Below, piece after piece: positions 39,892 to 48,636 of a stretch of DNA of 64,000 bases. Every line of letters begins with the position of its first letter. Positions within the stretch are counted from its first letter, which is position 1. A program made the translations under genes and the position numbers. Source of the stretch: a virus; IMG/VR virus record IMGVR_UViG_3300043425_000861; one strand, given 5' to 3'. A model generated the notes under the pieces. That model saw nothing but the letters and a program-made list of their open reading frames with translations, was not told where the DNA came from and made no database searches.

Positions 39892-40224
39892 TTATTTATG
39901 TTTAATTATTAATTCCCCCAAAACTTCTATAAGGCCCACTAATTTTTGAAATTCAACTTGGTTCATATTACTCCCCAAATCACATAACTTATCTAAGTGT
40001 TCTTTATATTCTTTTTTAGCATCATCCAAATCAAAATTACCTTCGGATGCTTTTTTGTAATATGGTAATTTAACAACAAAGTGGTGATAGGTTAACATTG
40101 CTGGTCCACCCTTCTCTTTTGCATTCTCCACAATTTTAGTAGCACCACCCAATCTCTTTTCCGCAAATTCACAGAACTTATTTTTTTTCTCTTCCGATTC
40201 GGATATTAATTCTAATAGTTTCAT
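39892..40224 (-). CDS. hypothetical protein with MKLLELISE leader
   Basis: 110-aa ORF. Confidence 0.7.
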   Translation of the reverse strand: MKLLELISESEEKKNKFCEFAEKRLGGATKIVENAKEKGGPAMLTYHHFVVKLPYYKKASEGNFDLDDAKKEYKEHLDKLCDLGSNMNQVEFQKLVGLIEVLGELIIKHK

Positions 40225-40228
40225 AAAA

Positions 40229-40489
40229 TTATTTTTCGGTACTAAATGTTGAACCATATAAGAAGGGTAACTCTTCCTTCATTCTGGCCAATATTTCAAA
40301 CATTGGTCTTACTAAAGGTTGGTACTCTTCGTCTTTTATAAATCCAAGGTCTCTGAATTCCTTTAATCTGTGAAATAATCTCACATACTCATCATAATGA
40401 CGTTCACTGAATTTTTCAGGTTCCTCTTCCTTTTTATCAAAGTATTCAAATACTTTATCTAATTGTTCTTCGGTTAGTGCTAATTTCAT
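40229..40489 (-). CDS. hypothetical protein with LTEEQL leader
   Basis: TATTTATA directly upstream. Confidence 0.7.
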   Translation of the reverse strand: MKLALTEEQLDKVFEYFDKKEEEPEKFSERHYDEYVRLFHRLKEFRDLGFIKDEEYQPLVRPMFEILARMKEELPFLYGSTFSTEK

Positions 40490-40503
40490 AATATATAAAT
40501 ACT

Positions 40504-41130
40504 TTATTTTTTGATAACCCAAAAATTACCGTCAATAATATTCATATTTATATTCATTTCAGATTTAAAACGACCTAATGCGTCCCTAACTCCAACCCAA
40601 TTTCCATAATCATCACCGAAAATAACCCCACCCGGTTTCAATATACTGTAATAGTTTTTCACATCTTTATAGACATCGTCCTCCTCGTGAGACGCGTCAA
40701 TGTATATTAATTCAGGTTCTAATTTCATATAGGAAAGGTATCTAAACCCATTTTCTGATGTGTTAGGAAACGGGGTTATAATATCTTGTAAACCGTTATG
40801 AACCACGTTTGATAGAAATTGGTAATATATTTGTGGGTACCCATTCTTTAAAAGGAGATTTCTTTCAGGAGTGGTCGAAGCCCAAGACCAAAATTCAATC
40901 GCACCCAACCAAGTGTCAATACAGATTATTTTAGTGTCTTTGTTATTTTCTAATATGTGTTTTCCCATATTAATTGCTGACTGACCTTTCCAAGTCCCAA
41001 CTTCCACAATTAATTTAGGATTAACCTCATCAATTATACTTTTAAAAAAATTGTGACTACCATTCCATCCCTGATTATCTTCAGGTAATAATTCGAGATT
41101 ATCATAAATCTCTTTGTTAATTAAATTCAT
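40504..41130 (-). CDS. class I SAM-dependent methyltransferase (Methyltransf_24-like)
   Basis: VEVGTWKGQS, IDTW, IYIDASH, GDDY. Confidence 0.88.
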   Translation of the reverse strand: MNLINKEIYDNLELLPEDNQGWNGSHNFFKSIIDEVNPKLIVEVGTWKGQSAINMGKHILENNKDTKIICIDTWLGAIEFWSWASTTPERNLLLKNGYPQIYYQFLSNVVHNGLQDIITPFPNTSENGFRYLSYMKLEPELIYIDASHEEDDVYKDVKNYYSILKPGGVIFGDDYGNWVGVRDALGRFKSEMNINMNIIDGNFWVIKK

Positions 41131-41131
41131 A

Positions 41132-41767
41132 TTAAGGTTTATTTACGTAAATATCTTTTAGACACCAATTAGCTTTCACCTTATATAAGTCTATATTTGG
41201 AAAGTACTCGATAATTCTATCGGTACCGTTATTGTAATAATCGGTTGGGTTGGATGATTGTCTCCGAGAAACGTTAAAATGATGTACACTTGGTCTAAAG
41301 AACATATCCTCATCAATAATTAATAATGTTTTATACTCTTGTAAACTATCCGAAGTATTTTTGTATCTTACTATATCTTCTTTCCTTTCTTGAATATAAT
41401 CCCACCTATATGCACCCATATTCATACTTAATTCCACATCTAAACTAATATACTTTTTATCTTCGTATGGGTATTCGGTAACCGTCTTATAAAACCTATT
41501 ACCAACGTAACAAGTATCGTGTAATAAAAACCAATAGTCCGATTCGATGTTTAATTCAATAAGTGAAATTAGACCTGTAAAATCCATTGAATTGTGTGGA
41601 CAGGTGTATCTATTATACTCACCATCAAGTTTTCTATAATCACCCTCATAACCACCAATAAAGAAGTATATATCCTCAGGAGGTACCCCTGAGCTTATTA
41701 AAGATTGAACCACTTTATGTTCAGTCAATCCCATATAATCTTTATGTGAACTAATAGCAAATTTCAT
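41132..41767 (-). CDS. hypothetical protein, possibly glycosyltransferase-like
   Basis: WFLLHDT motif; next to the methyltransferase. Confidence 0.6.
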   Translation of the reverse strand: MKFAISSHKDYMGLTEHKVVQSLISSGVPPEDIYFFIGGYEGDYRKLDGEYNRYTCPHNSMDFTGLISLIELNIESDYWFLLHDTCYVGNRFYKTVTEYPYEDKKYISLDVELSMNMGAYRWDYIQERKEDIVRYKNTSDSLQEYKTLLIIDEDMFFRPSVHHFNVSRRQSSNPTDYYNNGTDRIIEYFPNIDLYKVKANWCLKDIYVNKP

Positions 41768-41844
41768 TTAATAAAATATATTAAATAAATACCAAATAAA
41801 AAACCCCTCACAAGGAGGGGTTTAATTATTTTTGAACGTTTAGT

Positions 41845-42645
41845 TTATGCCGCTAAGTCAGATGGTAACGCGTTTCCACCTTTAACCCATACATATTTTT
41901 GACCATATCTTTTATCTGGTACTTGTGAGAATCTTCCACCATATCCATTGTCAACAAGATGCTTAGTTAATGTTCCTAATTGTTCTTGAGATAATGGGGC
42001 TCCTTTATAAACAATTCTTCTATTTTCATAACCGTTCATATCAGTAAGTCCATTAATTAAACCTTTTTGCATTAATAGATTGTGTATTTCTTGTCCTGAC
42101 ATTTGTTTAGTTGCCGGTTGTCCTGATACACCAGGCGCTGTAGGGGTTGTAACAGATGGAAGAGGTGGTTTTTGTGCGGCACCAATTGCAGCGTCTGGAC
42201 CTGTTTGTCCCGTCACTGTTACGGTTGGTAATTCAATTCCTTGTGCTGCAGGTGTTGTTGGTCCACTTCCCACTTTACTAATTGTGGTTCCTGACACACT
42301 AGGTGCTGCCGCCACTGTATTAGCATTGTTAATCGCTGTAGATGGTGAAGTGTTTTTTGGTGCAGTTATTGCCGGTGCAGGACCTCTTTTAGCAGTTACC
42401 GTTACAGGGGGTAAATCAGTTACTTTAATTGTTCCGTCAGGATTTAGAAAGTTACCTGCATTCCTAACTTTTCTAATTTCTATCGCTCTTTTTAAAATTT
42501 CATCATCGGTCATACCACCTGGATTTTTTGATGTTCCCGCTGCTGGTGTTCCTGCTGGGTCTGGTGCTTCAGACATAATTTGTGATGAGACCATTCTCTT
42601 AACCATTTTTTCAAGTTGCTCTTCAGTTAATACTATTTTTGCCAT
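41845..42645 (-). CDS. leader-bearing Pro/Thr/Ala-rich protein
   Basis: MAKIVLTEEQLEKMV; C-terminal domain shared with 11019-12896. Confidence 0.8.
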   Translation of the reverse strand: MAKIVLTEEQLEKMVKRMVSSQIMSEAPDPAGTPAAGTSKNPGGMTDDEILKRAIEIRKVRNAGNFLNPDGTIKVTDLPPVTVTAKRGPAPAITAPKNTSPSTAINNANTVAAAPSVSGTTISKVGSGPTTPAAQGIELPTVTVTGQTGPDAAIGAAQKPPLPSVTTPTAPGVSGQPATKQMSGQEIHNLLMQKGLINGLTDMNGYENRRIVYKGAPLSQEQLGTLTKHLVDNGYGGRFSQVPDKRYGQKYVWVKGGNALPSDLAA

Positions 42646-42651
42646 TTTAAT

Positions 42652-43080
42652 TTATATAAATCTTTTAAATTCTGATTTTATTTTTTCGATTGATTCGTTC
42701 ATAGGTCCTTCAACAGGTTCTTCCGATGTTCTGTTAATGTGTCTAACATCCAACATTACATCTGAGAATATATCGTGCATATCTGAAACGTATTTCTGAC
42801 TCATTTTTCTAACTTCTTTATGTAAGTTATGTAGACTAGAAACCGCACCATCAATTGATTTTGCATATTCGGGATTTTGTAGACGAATTAATTCTAATAT
42901 TTCTGTAGCCCAATGAATTTGTTGTGTTGCATCACTACCGAACCCTGAGTCTTGTATGATATTCTCAAGGAATGATATTGCACTTTCTGTGGCTTCTTGT
43001 GAGGATAACGTCTCAAACGCTTTCACGGAATTCCTATATTCAGATTCAGGACCGTGATTATTTTCGTTTATCTGTTTCAT
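42652..43080 (-). CDS. hypothetical protein
   Basis: TATTTATA directly upstream. Confidence 0.75.
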   Translation of the reverse strand: MKQINENNHGPESEYRNSVKAFETLSSQEATESAISFLENIIQDSGFGSDATQQIHWATEILELIRLQNPEYAKSIDGAVSSLHNLHKEVRKMSQKYVSDMHDIFSDVMLDVRHINRTSEEPVEGPMNESIEKIKSEFKRFI

Positions 43081-43138
43081 AGTATATAAATACTTACAAA
43101 TTTATTTAAACCCCGGTTCCGGCGTATGAAACCCGGCT

Positions 43139-43255
43139 TCAGAGGTTTTTTTTTATTTTCGCAATTAAATTTATTAATCCCCATATGATATAGAATGGTG
43201 ACATTGCAATCACCATAAAACACACCACAATAATTGCAAGAAGACGTGTGAACAT
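43139..43255 (-). CDS. 38-aa hydrophobic peptide (not in ORF track)
   Basis: MFTRLLAIIVVCFMVIAMSPFYIIWGLINLIAKIKKNL; TATTTATA just upstream. Confidence 0.5.
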   Translation of the reverse strand: MFTRLLAIIVVCFMVIAMSPFYIIWGLINLIAKIKKNL

Positions 43256-43371
43256 ATGTAGAATATAAATATTTTATTACAATAAAAAAAGGACAAGAGT
43301 AGCGAATTCTTGTCCCAACGGGATAGTAACTAGTCCCGGTCCTAAGCAGGGTCTTCAAACCCTGGTTCTCT

Positions 43372-43491
43372 TTATCCTTTCTTAGTAAGGAATTTCTTTA
43401 GAATCTCTAAGTTGCGTTTAACTTGTTCCATCTTTTTAACACCGGAACGTTTGCTTCTCATAGCTCTTGGTTTTTTCTGTGCACTTCCCAT
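43372..43491 (-). CDS. 39-aa basic peptide (not in ORF track)
   Basis: MGSAQKKPRAMRSKRSGVKKMEQVKRNLEILKKFLTKKG. Confidence 0.5.
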   Translation of the reverse strand: MGSAQKKPRAMRSKRSGVKKMEQVKRNLEILKKFLTKKG

Positions 43492-43522
43492 AATATTTGT
43501 TTTATAATAAGTATAATCCGTC

Positions 43523-44080
43523 CTATTTTTCAATATGGTGTCCACCACCATCCAATTTGTTTGTGAAACCCATTAGTTTATCAAATGATTTATGTGTCTG
43601 AATAGGTTCTTTCTTTGTGTCTCTCATAACGTCCCAAGTACGAGGTTTAACTTTCATATGATTACTCACCAAGTATTTTATCTCGTCAATATCCGTCCCT
43701 TCAAAAGTTAGAATCCAATCTTTAAAATATTCAACATAGTCTGTCGATTTAAATTCGTGTCCGTGAGCGGTAGGGTGTCCTGTCTTAGGGTTAATGTCAT
43801 ATGTGTCCATCTTACCCAAATCGTGAAATAGAGCAGCCATAATCATATTAGGGTCGTCAGGGTAATGGTGATACGCTCTTTTCAACACGACTATCATATG
43901 TTTTAGAGTGTTACCCTCAGGATGCCATTCAGGGTTCTGTTTTGCACTCCATTGTTTAAAAAACAATTTTTTTAATTCATTGGGTAGATTCTTAATCAAT
44001 AACTGAGGGGTTGCAGGAATGATATCTTCGATAAGATGTATCATAGATTTAATTCTTGTAATTTGTTCCTGTAAATTCAT
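43523..44080 (-). CDS. HD-domain phosphohydrolase (CCA-adding-enzyme HD-like) with LQEQI leader
   Basis: Q-x-x-x-WHPEG..H, AALFHDLGK, GHE..S, LV-x-x-HM. Confidence 0.8.
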   Translation of the reverse strand: MNLQEQITRIKSMIHLIEDIIPATPQLLIKNLPNELKKLFFKQWSAKQNPEWHPEGNTLKHMIVVLKRAYHHYPDDPNMIMAALFHDLGKMDTYDINPKTGHPTAHGHEFKSTDYVEYFKDWILTFEGTDIDEIKYLVSNHMKVKPRTWDVMRDTKKEPIQTHKSFDKLMGFTNKLDGGGHHIEK

Positions 44081-44148
44081 ATCATATAAATACAACAAAA
44101 AACCCTCTCGTGTGAGAGGGTCTTATAAAAATACAGTTTAAAAAATTA

Positions 44149-44817
44149 TTACATTCCTTGGTTTTCGGAACTATTCTTTGCACCTTTTAAAATATAAAGT
44201 TTGGACTCATCTGAAAGGTGATTATTATTCATTATTAATCTCTTAATATCTTCCACACTATATTCTCCCTTTAATAACATATTCAATGCCACTTGCATAA
44301 CCAAAGAGTCTTTTCTATCCTGACTTATGTCAAATTCTTGATACGATTCCTTTTCATCATCTGTATGAACACCTTCTGAAAAATCATCCTTCCAATTCTG
44401 AGATTTCATCACATCATCTTTTACCTTACCATATTCAGAATCTCTGACACCTTTCTTCCAACTCGGTTCCATATCTCCACCCAAAGTATTTGCGGTATCG
44501 TATTGATGTTTTAAACTCTTTAATTTGTCTTTTTTGTTACCATCAACATATGAATCAACCATCTGTTTAAGTTCAAAAAAAGAAAGTTTGTTAATATCTC
44601 TTTTATCAACAGGAAAATTATTTTTAATCTCATCAAATCTCATAACATAAGCCTCGACTTCAGATGCGGCTTGTTGTTTAAATTTATCAACAACCTTGTT
44701 AAAAAAACCTTCAGAGTATTCATTTAAATCGTCCTCTTTCTCATAGTGCCCTTCATCGACACTTTTAATCATCCCTTTAATGCGGGATACTTGTTCTCCC
44801 AATGTTTGCTTTTTCAT
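44149..44817 (-). CDS. hypothetical protein with LGEQVSRIK leader
   Basis: 222-aa ORF. Confidence 0.75.
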   Translation of the reverse strand: MKKQTLGEQVSRIKGMIKSVDEGHYEKEDDLNEYSEGFFNKVVDKFKQQAASEVEAYVMRFDEIKNNFPVDKRDINKLSFFELKQMVDSYVDGNKKDKLKSLKHQYDTANTLGGDMEPSWKKGVRDSEYGKVKDDVMKSQNWKDDFSEGVHTDDEKESYQEFDISQDRKDSLVMQVALNMLLKGEYSVEDIKRLIMNNNHLSDESKLYILKGAKNSSENQGM

Positions 44818-44818
44818 A

Positions 44819-45247
44819 TTATCTTAATGATTCTGAGTTGTTATATTTTTTAATTAGTTCTGCGTGTTTGAACGCCTTTTGAATTCCCATCGGGAACATA
44901 TCACCACCTGAAACGGGAATCCAATCTTTTTGAAAGAATTGAACGGTTAAATCTGATTCGGTCTTTTTATCAGGACTTCCAAAAACGGGACCACGATATA
45001 ATATCTTTGCCTTATCACCCATAATAACGATGTTAACAGCATACACATTATCGGGACCTGAAAAACCTTCAATAACCGAACCGTTATCGAGGGTCTTTTC
45101 AAATTTCTTTTGAAAACCGAAGTGATTGATTATTTCTTCTTTTGATACCTCCTCATTTAATAGAGATGGTTTTTTATAACCAAACGAGGAGTGTTGTTCC
45201 ATAATCTGTCCTCTTTCCTCATCAGTTAAATTAAAGTTCTTATACAT
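44819..45247 (-). CDS. hypothetical protein with LTDEER leader
   Basis: TATTTATA upstream. Confidence 0.75.
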   Translation of the reverse strand: MYKNFNLTDEERGQIMEQHSSFGYKKPSLLNEEVSKEEIINHFGFQKKFEKTLDNGSVIEGFSGPDNVYAVNIVIMGDKAKILYRGPVFGSPDKKTESDLTVQFFQKDWIPVSGGDMFPMGIQKAFKHAELIKKYNNSESLR

Positions 45248-45287
45248 AGTCCTAATCTTATTTATATAAATATAAAAGTTTCCTTAA

Positions 45288-46055
45288 TTATCTATCGTTA
45301 GACACAAATGAATCAAACTCATAGTCTTTATCGTACTCAACAAATTGATTCATCCGTTTTTTAATGTCTTCAATATTTCGTTTTAGATTTTCAATTTTCT
45401 CCTCTTTATCCTCACCCTGATAGTTTGGCATATGATTATCCAAAAAATTTTTAAAAATATTTAAATCTTTTCTTAAATTATTAAATCTATCGTCGGGGTT
45501 TAAGATGGTTTCACCTGAACCCATTTCTTTTAAACGAACAACACCATCGGGTCTCCATATACAACCTGAACTAATGTCCCAAGTATATAACCAATAGTAT
45601 TTCTCATAGTTCTCATCTCGGAATAAACTTCTAAAACCCAATTCACTATATACAGGAATTTCAATACCTGAGTATTTTTCCGCAACCCTATTCCATTTGG
45701 GATAGTATTCTCTAATACCATTTATCTTAGGACTTTCCACAAACTCATCACAGAACGCATCTAACTTTTCTTTACTGTTAATGGAATAAACTTTGGATGG
45801 GTCCACATATACCTTATAGGTATGTGCAAGTCTTTCAGCAAAACTCTTCATCTCAGTTTTAACGAAGTATATCCATTCGTCACCGAAACCGTACCAAAAC
45901 CCTGTGGGTTTTGCCAACATACCTCGTCTATCATATGGGTCAGCCTGAACTCTATCAGTGGTGTCTCTAATCCCTGTAACGGGTTCTTTGGATATGTGTA
46001 TACGTTCTTTACTACCTACACTTAGTATCTCATTTAATATGGGTTGTAATTTCAT
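45288..46055 (-). CDS. hypothetical protein with MKLQPILNE leader
   Basis: KPTGFWY..W, W-x-x-V-x-x-x-Y-x-GIE, WD-x-x-SGCIW; TATTTATA upstream. Confidence 0.75.
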   Translation of the reverse strand: MKLQPILNEILSVGSKERIHISKEPVTGIRDTTDRVQADPYDRRGMLAKPTGFWYGFGDEWIYFVKTEMKSFAERLAHTYKVYVDPSKVYSINSKEKLDAFCDEFVESPKINGIREYYPKWNRVAEKYSGIEIPVYSELGFRSLFRDENYEKYYWLYTWDISSGCIWRPDGVVRLKEMGSGETILNPDDRFNNLRKDLNIFKNFLDNHMPNYQGEDKEEKIENLKRNIEDIKKRMNQFVEYDKDYEFDSFVSNDR

Positions 46056-46107
46056 AATATATAAATACTATTCATAAACAAAGAACCCTCCGTTAGGAGG
46101 GTTTGTA

Positions 46108-46224
46108 TTAGGCTCTTTTCTTGGTTTTACGAGTATGTCCTTTTCGGATACAACTCTTAACCACCGGACCGTTCTTTGTCTTAACGATTCTTGAGAAGTT
46201 GTGGGGTCTTACTGTTGTTGCCAT
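46108..46224 (-). CDS. 38-aa basic peptide
   Basis: MATTVRPH...RKGHTRKTKKRA followed by a terminator hairpin. Confidence 0.5.
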   Translation of the reverse strand: MATTVRPHNFSRIVKTKNGPVVKSCIRKGHTRKTKKRA

Positions 46225-46404
46225 ATTATAAGTTTTATACAAAGATAGTATATTTTCCAAAAAATTCCAGAAATTTTTTTTTCGGTTTTTAGAAATATAT
46301 TTCCATTTAAAGGTTTTTACCCCCCGAATGTATAGGGATATTATAGGAATTAGAAATATAGTTCCAATTTCCCCGATTTTTTCCGGAAAAATTTCAGTCG
46401 GAGC

Positions 46405-46520
46405 ATTGTCCCCCCTATTAGACAAGGTAAAAACCCTATATATAAGGGGGGATACGGGAGGGGGGAGGGGGTACATATAGGTATAGGGGGGTATACCCCA
46501 CCCCATAACCGGTGGACTTG
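46405..46520. other. G-tract region at the divergent transcription switch (possible genome end, pac site or origin)
   Basis: GGGGGG-ATAC-GGG-A-GGGGGG-A-GGGGG...GGGGGG-TATA-CCCC; genes run minus to the left and plus to the right. Confidence 0.45.
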
Positions 46521-46640
46521 TTTTCACCTACCTGTTCGGGTGTTCTTAACATTCATTAACAAAAAAATATACCGAAGTATTAGGATTTCTCATATAACCT
46601 TTATACATTTACATATCGTTTCACACTAACCCCTACTAAA

Positions 46641-47012
46641 ATGAAAGTAACAGAAAAAGAGTATCAAGAGTCAATGAAGTTGGTTGAGAAGTACAACCGA
46701 CTAATCTCAAAACACGAGGACATCATCAAGACCTACTACAAGAATCTTGTTAATACCAATTCCTCCGTTCCCGTTCCTCCCACCTTTGATAGTATTCACA
46801 TTTGGGATTTGAACTTGAATGTGTACACATTTAATATCCTTAAAGATAAGACCAATATCCGTACTCTTGGGGATATATGTAGAACTCAACCTTACGAGTT
46901 GTTCAAGATAAGAGGTCTTGGTAAGGATAGACTATATAAGTTGAATGACTTAATCGAAAAGGACTATAAGTTTAGGTGGTTTCAAAGTCACGGACTTGGG
47001 AGGGGTTATTAA
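46641..47012 (+). CDS. protein with RNA polymerase alpha-CTD-like domain
   Basis: IWDLNLNVYTFNILK..NIRTLGDI.....ELFKIRGLGK matches the alpha-CTD pattern. Confidence 0.7.
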   Translation: MKVTEKEYQESMKLVEKYNRLISKHEDIIKTYYKNLVNTNSSVPVPPTFDSIHIWDLNLNVYTFNILKDKTNIRTLGDICRTQPYELFKIRGLGKDRLYKLNDLIEKDYKFRWFQSHGLGRGY

Positions 47013-47413
47013 CCCCTCTTTTTTTTGTCCAATAATTTGTATCGTAGTAAAAACAACAAACGATAATATGTCCAACAGCTTTTGATGATACAAACAAAAA
47101 ATAAAAAAACCCAAAACCAAATTTTTTCCTGAGTTTTTTTTAATGTCTACCGGTTATTTGATGAGGTCGAAAGCTGTTTGACATTTTCCGTGGACGGTAT
47201 CCGAAAAAATGTGGATAACTATGTGGAAAACTTTTGACCAAAATATTAGGATATATGGATTATATTATTTTACTTTGTATTGTTGTTGAGGGGGTTGGTA
47301 ATAAGGGTTAAAAATTTTAACATTTCTTAACAAAGTCTTAACACAAAATATTAGGTTTATTCATTTTTATTTCCGTACTTTGTCCTATCGTTAAACAATT
47401 AAACAATAACACT

Positions 47414-48022
47414 ATGTCAAATCAAGTAAAAGAAATCGTATCAGTACCTAACAATGAGTGGGTATCAGTAGTAGGGGAAGTTTTATCCAATGTAAATAAC
47501 CCTACATTCAGTTCCTTTGTATCAAAGGTAAAAGTTAAAATGAATCAGTACCTTGACTATTGGATAATCAATGAGGAAGGTAAGAAGAAGAAAAATCCTA
47601 ACCCTACCAAAAATCCTTACTACGAAGAAGGTATCATTAACCACTCTCGTAAGGTACAAATTAACACAGGTTTTGACTATGTTAAGAGTGTGAACGGAAG
47701 ATTGGAGAGAGAAGGTAAAGAGGGTAACTTTGAAGGTCAAGACAATTGGTTTGAGGTTATCAGTAAGGGTTTGGTAACTGACAAGAGTACTCGTACCAAG
47801 TTGTACTTTCGTTATCAGTACCTTAAAACAAGTACCCAAGACCAAGAGTTCTTATTTCAAGGTAACCAAATTGAAAAGAGATTATTTGAGAGTTTTATGA
47901 CTGAAAAGTCAAACTACGAAAATCAAGGTTTGGATAACCCACTACAATTCCAAGTGTGTGATTTGAACAATATCTTAAAGATATCAATCGGGGGTGTAAC
48001 CTACGAAAGAGAGTTAGTGTAG
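47414..48022 (+). CDS. hypothetical early protein (paralog of 56133-56648)
   Basis: Shared KVxMN...NxYYE..I.H...DY...F-x-GN-x-IEK-x-LF. Confidence 0.8.
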   Translation: MSNQVKEIVSVPNNEWVSVVGEVLSNVNNPTFSSFVSKVKVKMNQYLDYWIINEEGKKKKNPNPTKNPYYEEGIINHSRKVQINTGFDYVKSVNGRLEREGKEGNFEGQDNWFEVISKGLVTDKSTRTKLYFRYQYLKTSTQDQEFLFQGNQIEKRLFESFMTEKSNYENQGLDNPLQFQVCDLNNILKISIGGVTYERELV

Positions 48023-48342
48023 TGTGAGTAGTTTAACAACTGAAAAGGGGTGTAGAAATACACTCCTTTTTTTTTGTCTTACATATTCCGAGTCGGAGGA
48101 AGACGGGTCGGAAATGTCTTACAGCTTCTCGGTCAAAAAAAAGTTTAATAAAAATTTGTTGTGTGAAAAATTCTTCTTGTGTCAGGAAGTTAAAGATGTC
48201 TTACAGCTTTCGGGTATTGTCTTACATAACCGGTGGACATCTTTGAAGAGTCACCGTCACGGGTTGTTAAAAAAAATTTAACACAAAATATTTGGATATA
48301 TGATTTATATTGTTTTATTTTGTCTTACTAAACATTAAGGAT

Positions 48343-48636
48343 ATGACAAAAGAATACATTCAAGAACAATTACAATTCAACCCAAAGTGGATTGAAAGAG
48401 GTTTGGTGGTTTTGTATAACAGACAAACCCAAGATGAGAAAGAAAATGTAATGACCAAGTATGAGAACGGAGTAGGTTTCAATGGTAGTGATGTGAAGTA
48501 TCTAACCTATTGTAGTAAGTGGGTATTGAGTGGTAGACATTTGAGTGGTGTCCACTTAAACAAGTGTGGTAAGATGTTGAAGAAGTATTGGAAACAAATA
48601 CTACAAGAGATAGAGAAAAAGAAAAGGGAGAATTAA
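48343..48636 (+). CDS. hypothetical early protein
   Basis: LYNRQTQDE..T..NGVGF..D...KYWKQ. Confidence 0.8.
   Translation: MTKEYIQEQLQFNPKWIERGLVVLYNRQTQDEKENVMTKYENGVGFNGSDVKYLTYCSKWVLSGRHLSGVHLNKCGKMLKKYWKQILQEIEKKKREN

Noticed and set aside
42080-42799. 239-aa plus-strand ORF (similarly 13074-13520, 31460-31789, 7523-7879)
   Set aside because: Antisense shadows of well-supported genes on the opposite strand.
3578-46070. T4-type TATAAATA late promoters
   Set aside because: Relative to the downstream genes the motif is oriented as TATTTATA, so it is not the T4 gp55 promoter as such.
46225-46527. 5' extension of the 139-aa ORF 46108-46527
   Set aside because: It crosses homopolymer tracts and low-complexity DNA; only the last 38 codons look coding.
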